Assembly (NCBI GenBank): GCA_030704615.1
Contig: CM060733.1
Location: forward strand, 43,958,001 to 44,022,000
Length of the DNA stretch: 64,000 bases
Reading direction: 5' to 3'
Source of the DNA: Takakia lepidozioides
Lineage: Eukaryota > Plantae > Bryophyta
Made by a program: the position numbers and the translations under genes. Within the stretch, counting starts at the first letter, position 1. The number at the start of each line of letters is the position of its first letter. A model generated the notes under the pieces. That model saw only the letters and a list, made by a program, of their open reading frames with translations. It searched no databases and had not been told where the DNA came from. Below, one piece after another: positions 59,509 to 64,000 of this stretch.

Positions 59509-62500
59509 ATGGCTCCGAATTCCTACGCTATAGTTTGCTGTCCTCCGCAACTTGGGAGAGCCTGGATCCCAAACGAGGGAGGACTTTGCAGAGTGACTGA
59601 AACTTACCTTTGTTCCAAATTCAAGCTCAAACCGGGCACAGTTTATTTGGAAGAAGAAAGGAAGGATGTTCCTGGACAGGTTGACGAGACCATTGTCGTG
59701 CTAGGTAACGACGGAGGTTGCGGAATCGAATGGCACGTTCCCCCGTCAGACACCATCCTGTACCGAGCTGTGGGAATGCCCATTCCCTTTCCGAATCAGT
59801 CGCTGCCCACACCATCCACAAAGGAGTCCGGAAACCGAGAGGCGGCCACTGCCAACAGAGAGGTATGCAACGATAATCATTCCCGACCTGGACCGTCAAG
59901 ACCCTCCATAGCTTCTCGTGTGGACGTATTCGACATTTCCGACGAGGAAGATGATTGCATTGAGGTACCCATGTCCTCCACACGGTCGTTCAAATCCGGC
60001 ATGGACGTCTCTGTAGGTGCTACGCATGTGCCCTCGAGCATAACTCCAACCCGGTCCATTGTGCAGCTCCTACGACAACATCACCTCGATGGTTCTCGCT
60101 CCGAGCTGGCTGCTCTCGACTATGCCAAATTCCCAGTCAGAAAGGTAACTTTTCTGCCTCCCGAAGTCGATGGCAATGTCATCTTCGAGTTTCCACCTGT
60201 TTCTTCGTCAAAGAAAGCCTCCGGGATGTTAACAGACATGGATCGAAAGCATGACGGACACCCCTGGTGTGTGACGAAGACCAGTAGCACGAAAATTGCT
60301 GATGGTGTTCGTGTACGATATGTCCTCTGTGCGGGGAAGCTGAGGTGCCTCAATCCCACCTGCTTCCACTTTCTCTCCAAAGGAGGGCGGAGAAACGAGA
60401 CGGATTGGACTGGCACAACGCATCATCCATTCATTGTCTCCAGCCAAGCTCCTGCGGGTTCTTTCAAGTGTGCACATTGCAAAGAACCACCGACGTGCAT
60501 GTCCATGTGCAGAGCCAAGCAATATTACGTAATCCATTTGCTCCCGGACTTGACTAGAGCTTGCATACACGTTGGGGTCCACTGCCACCCCTTGGCGAGA
60601 GGCAACATGCGTGAGGCTGTGCAGGAAGCACACGACATCATAAAAGAGGAGGTGAAATTGAGCCCCGGAGCCAGACCAAAGCAGATTCAGCTGAAGGCAG
60701 CCCACAAGATTGCTCTTGGCAAAATCATGTCTGAAGATGGTTCCGACCGAGAGCCCTTGACCGAAGACGAGATGCGTGACCTCTTGGAGTCCGTCTCGCA
60801 CGTTTGTAGTCCAATGTGCGGAATCACATCGTATCTTGCAAGCAGGAGTTCGGCAGGGGGTCGGACATGTACTCAATCCTGGAGGTGAAACGAATGACTG
60901 GATATGACTACATCCAAGGTAGCAGGTTTCCAGGGCAAGGCAGCGAATCCGATCGTTGTTACATTTTCAAAATGTCGACGTGTGGGCCTGGGAGTGGAGT
61001 CGACTTGGTCACTCGCATGACAACTGGAAACTTGTCGAATGCTTGGGTGATGTTTGATCACATCAAGCGAATTACAAACCATCAGTGGGTGACTATGGGT
61101 GCGCATGTTTATGACTATCACTCCAAGAGGCTCATGACGATTGCAATCTGCGAGATGAAAGGGGAGGACACACAGTCCGAGATGCATCTGTGGGAGGGCA
61201 TAAACCAGCAGATGGCAAGGGCGGGATTGCCAGAGCCCAATTTCAGGGGATTCATGGCAGACAACGCTCAGGCCAACTGGGCAGCGGTGCGGCGTGTGTA
61301 CGGTGAGGACCCCAATGTTCCAATGGAGGGGAAAGAGAGATCCTGTGGATTCCATTGGATGCAGAGTCTATCCCACTACACTACCAAATTTGTTGCTACC
61401 TCATTCCAGGCTGAACACCGTGTCCTTTGTACGGCGTGGAAGGATGCACCCACATTTGATGACGCGGAGGTTAAGTTTGCTATCATCGAGGCTTGGTGGA
61501 ACACGTCAGGTGCAGTGGAGACAACCAATCTGGGAGCATTGCACAGCTGGTTGGGGTGGTGGCATTTTCGGTATCGACAGTTCGGACAGTACATGCGGGA
61601 GGTAGGCTGCTGTCATTTTCGTTCATTTGTCTTTCTGTTACGGACATTTCGATTGGTCCCTCACCGTTGTTTGTGTCCTTCTAGGAGCGGTGCTTGGATT
61701 CCGACACGGACATGCCGAACACGAATATGGCAGAATCGGTCCACTCCTCCTGGCGAGCGTCTTCTGCCGCACATCTGGTGGACGTAGTCACGGCCACAAC
61801 GGAGGACATCGACAGAGCAATCATGCAGCAAGCCACGTACTACAAGTTCCTGAGCGGCAAACAATGGGGCTTTGGGCCGGACAGGGAGGAATTGTTGGTA
61901 CGAACAGCTTCGAGGTCCAAGAATCCAGTGAAATGGGCGACAGCATTGCGAGAGAAGATCAAAGGGACGCCTCTGCACCGCAGAGGTGAACACCTAGAGG
62001 GGGACGTCCGGACTCGCCCTGTCAGGCGGAGGATTGAAGAGGAACCTGGGTGCGAAGAGGATTCCTGGAGATCCGACAGGAACATTCGGACAGCACCTCG
62101 AGGTCCCGTCATGTTGCCGCACAATGTGTCTTCCAGCAGTGGAAGCCCAAGAAATTCCAGATCGCCGTCGCCTTCAACCGGGGATTTCGTGCAACAAATT
62201 CCCACCGCTCCCTTGCCCCACATTCCGCCCGCTGTTATGCAGTATGGCCAAGCCATTGTGGAGACGACTGTGTCTGCCTCACAGTGGAGAATTGCTCGCA
62301 CAAAGCCGTCGTTTCGAGGAAGGTGTTCCGCAATTCGTGTGGATACACGGCAACGTTGTTTAGAGATGATAAGGAGGAATCCAGATGGGGCTGTCCCTGC
62401 TCCTACTTTTACAGGAAGATTTGTCCATGCAAAGTTTGCGGAGGCGACAACCACCCAGTTCTGGTTCTGCAGGCATGACATTATGACTTGCGTGTATGGA

Positions 62501-63115
62501 AAGCCCAAGTACGGCATACAGACAATGCCAGAGGCTCCCCCGGTGTGGCCGGTGGAACCAGGCTGCGATCTGAGTCAGGTTGAGGCCGACGCCCTTACCG
62601 CCGCAGGATTTCGGATGGTGCAGCGCACTGACGTGCCCACACAACCATTTCCGCTTCCACAGCCTCCACCACCGACCCCTATGAGAGCAAGAACAATGGG
62701 ACACGACAGCTCTAAGCATCCTACACACCGTTGGGGGAAACCGAAGAGGCGGCGACCTCCCTCAAAAGTGAACGAGACAAGGATGGGGAATGCACTTCGG
62801 ATGAACTGTACAATCCAGAGCTCAACAGAAGTGCCCCCACCAGGATTCGGGCGTGTGTATCAGATGGCCACGGCGGGCTCAGGTGTTTGCAATGAGGTGT
62901 ACACCATCACCATTTCAGAATTACCCACCTGCAATTGCACCGACTTCCAGATCATGGCGAACAAGGGGGCATCATACTGCCCTTGCAAGCATTTGTACTA
63001 CGTGTACCTAAAGAGACTCCGTTGTAATTCCACAACTCATCACTTCATACATGCACCAGGGTTGAGCCCCCAGGAGGTTCACACTCTTCTGAATATGGAT
63101 CCAGGGGACCAGTGA
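59509..63115 (+). CDS. MULE-type transposase of C: GCM-like, DDE, Cys-rich, SWIM; one 1-nt frameshift
   Basis: DGHPW...CAGKLRC...CAHC...HVGVHCHP; MFDH, FMADNAQA, CGFHW, NMAESVH; CNCTDF...CKH. Phase-0 intron 61602-61684. 1-nt deletion near 60813 judged against copy F. Confidence 0.9.
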
Positions 63116-63960
63116 GCTTGGCTTGCGGTCCACATACAATGGTACGCCCATCGGATAGTAGAACTGTACTGCTGCCAGTACCTCAGACTCTGGCCACACA
63201 AAGGTCCGACATATGTCTTGCCTACCAGTAACCTGTTTTGATCGAACTAAGATATTACTATATCGTTCACTTGTTTCCACGTGCATGTATTTTTGTATGT
63301 TGGAGGGTTCATGTTTTTCTGCTTTCCGAAAACTTGCTCTCCTCATTCGACCTCCGACAAGGAAATGCGGCGCCGAATTTCCAAGTATCGTCGTAGGTAC
63401 CCCCAGAGGCGGCCTTCGCCAACACCAAACCGCTCCGAAATTTCGCACGTGCGAACCCTAATGCGGCACCCTATTTCCCAGTTCAGTTGCAAACCTTTCC
63501 CGCCGAATACCCGAAGAAGACAGAATTGTGAAGTACTGCATACTGTATTGGTGCAGACTCCATTGGTTCAATCGCGGCAAAAGGGTCAGCTTCATTCCAA
63601 TGTTAAGGCATGTAAAACCGCGGAATACTCTATACAGGCCAGTATGCGACGTCCTTTTGCAGTGGTATACTGGATTTCCCGTTGCACGGTCACTTATTTC
63701 CATGAGCGGATCTATAAAACCATGAGCGGACTTGTTACTGACGACATATCTTCGCCGCATTACATGATCTGGAACGTCCAAAAACGGCAAGGTCAAATAA
63801 AAAACTATTATTTTAATACTTGTTTAATCTGCCGCATTTCCAAATTTGGAGGAGTCCGCTCATGAAATCCGCGTATCTTAGACTTCGGCTCACCGCTCAT
63901 GCGGCTCATGCGGCTCATGGCTCATGGCTCATGGTTTCTGCTCATGAAATAGTAAACCTC

Positions 63961-64000
63961 CATCCACAGGTTGAACTTACTCACAGGCAAAGTTGGAGTC
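63961..64000 (-). mobile_element. Continuation of element E (splice donor and exon end of its MTase gene)
   Basis: GAACTTACTCACAGGCAAAGTTGGAGTC matches D 8093-8120 GAACTTACTCACACTCAAAATCGGAGTC (DSNFAC|gt versus DSDFEC|gt). Confidence 0.75.

Larger units (their letters stand above)
49232..63960 (+). mobile_element. MULE-like element C, about 14.7 kb, apparently full length
   Basis: 9-bp TSD CATCCACAG at 49223-49231 and 63961-63969. TIRs GGGGGCTGCTATTTCATGAGC / GAGGTTTACTATTTCATGAGC. Subterminal CATGAGC repeats. Confidence 0.96.

Overview
Eukaryotic, intron-containing, fully transposon-derived window, probably from a plant and possibly a non-seed land plant (inference from the Ty3/gypsy types and PBS sequences; not provable here). 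No host gene, RNA gene or CRISPR array was found. Ty3/gypsy LTR retroelements (R1a, R1b, R2) are nested with six copies or fragments of an unusual Mutator-like (MULE) DNA transposon group: A 1-6411 (left end outside the window), D 7181-18448 (9-bp TSD), B 35385-43832 (8-9-bp TSD), F and E 44211-49231 (nested and inverted), and C 49232-63960 (9-bp TSD). The near-complete copies D and C each carry a GCM-like/DDE/SWIM transposase. Divergently from it, each carries a multi-exon gene joining a ParB/Srx-like domain (DGNHR) to a beta-class N4C/N6A DNA-methyltransferase-like domain with an atypical DIPDG motif IV. Each subfamily also has its own array of 20-24-bp CG-rich palindromes, spaced at about 32, 42, 53 or 63 bp, which are whole multiples of the helical repeat. 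Main hypothesis (inference): a transposon-encoded, parS/ParB-like self-recognition and DNA-marking or anti-silencing system. All domain calls come from motifs read by eye; no searches were run.
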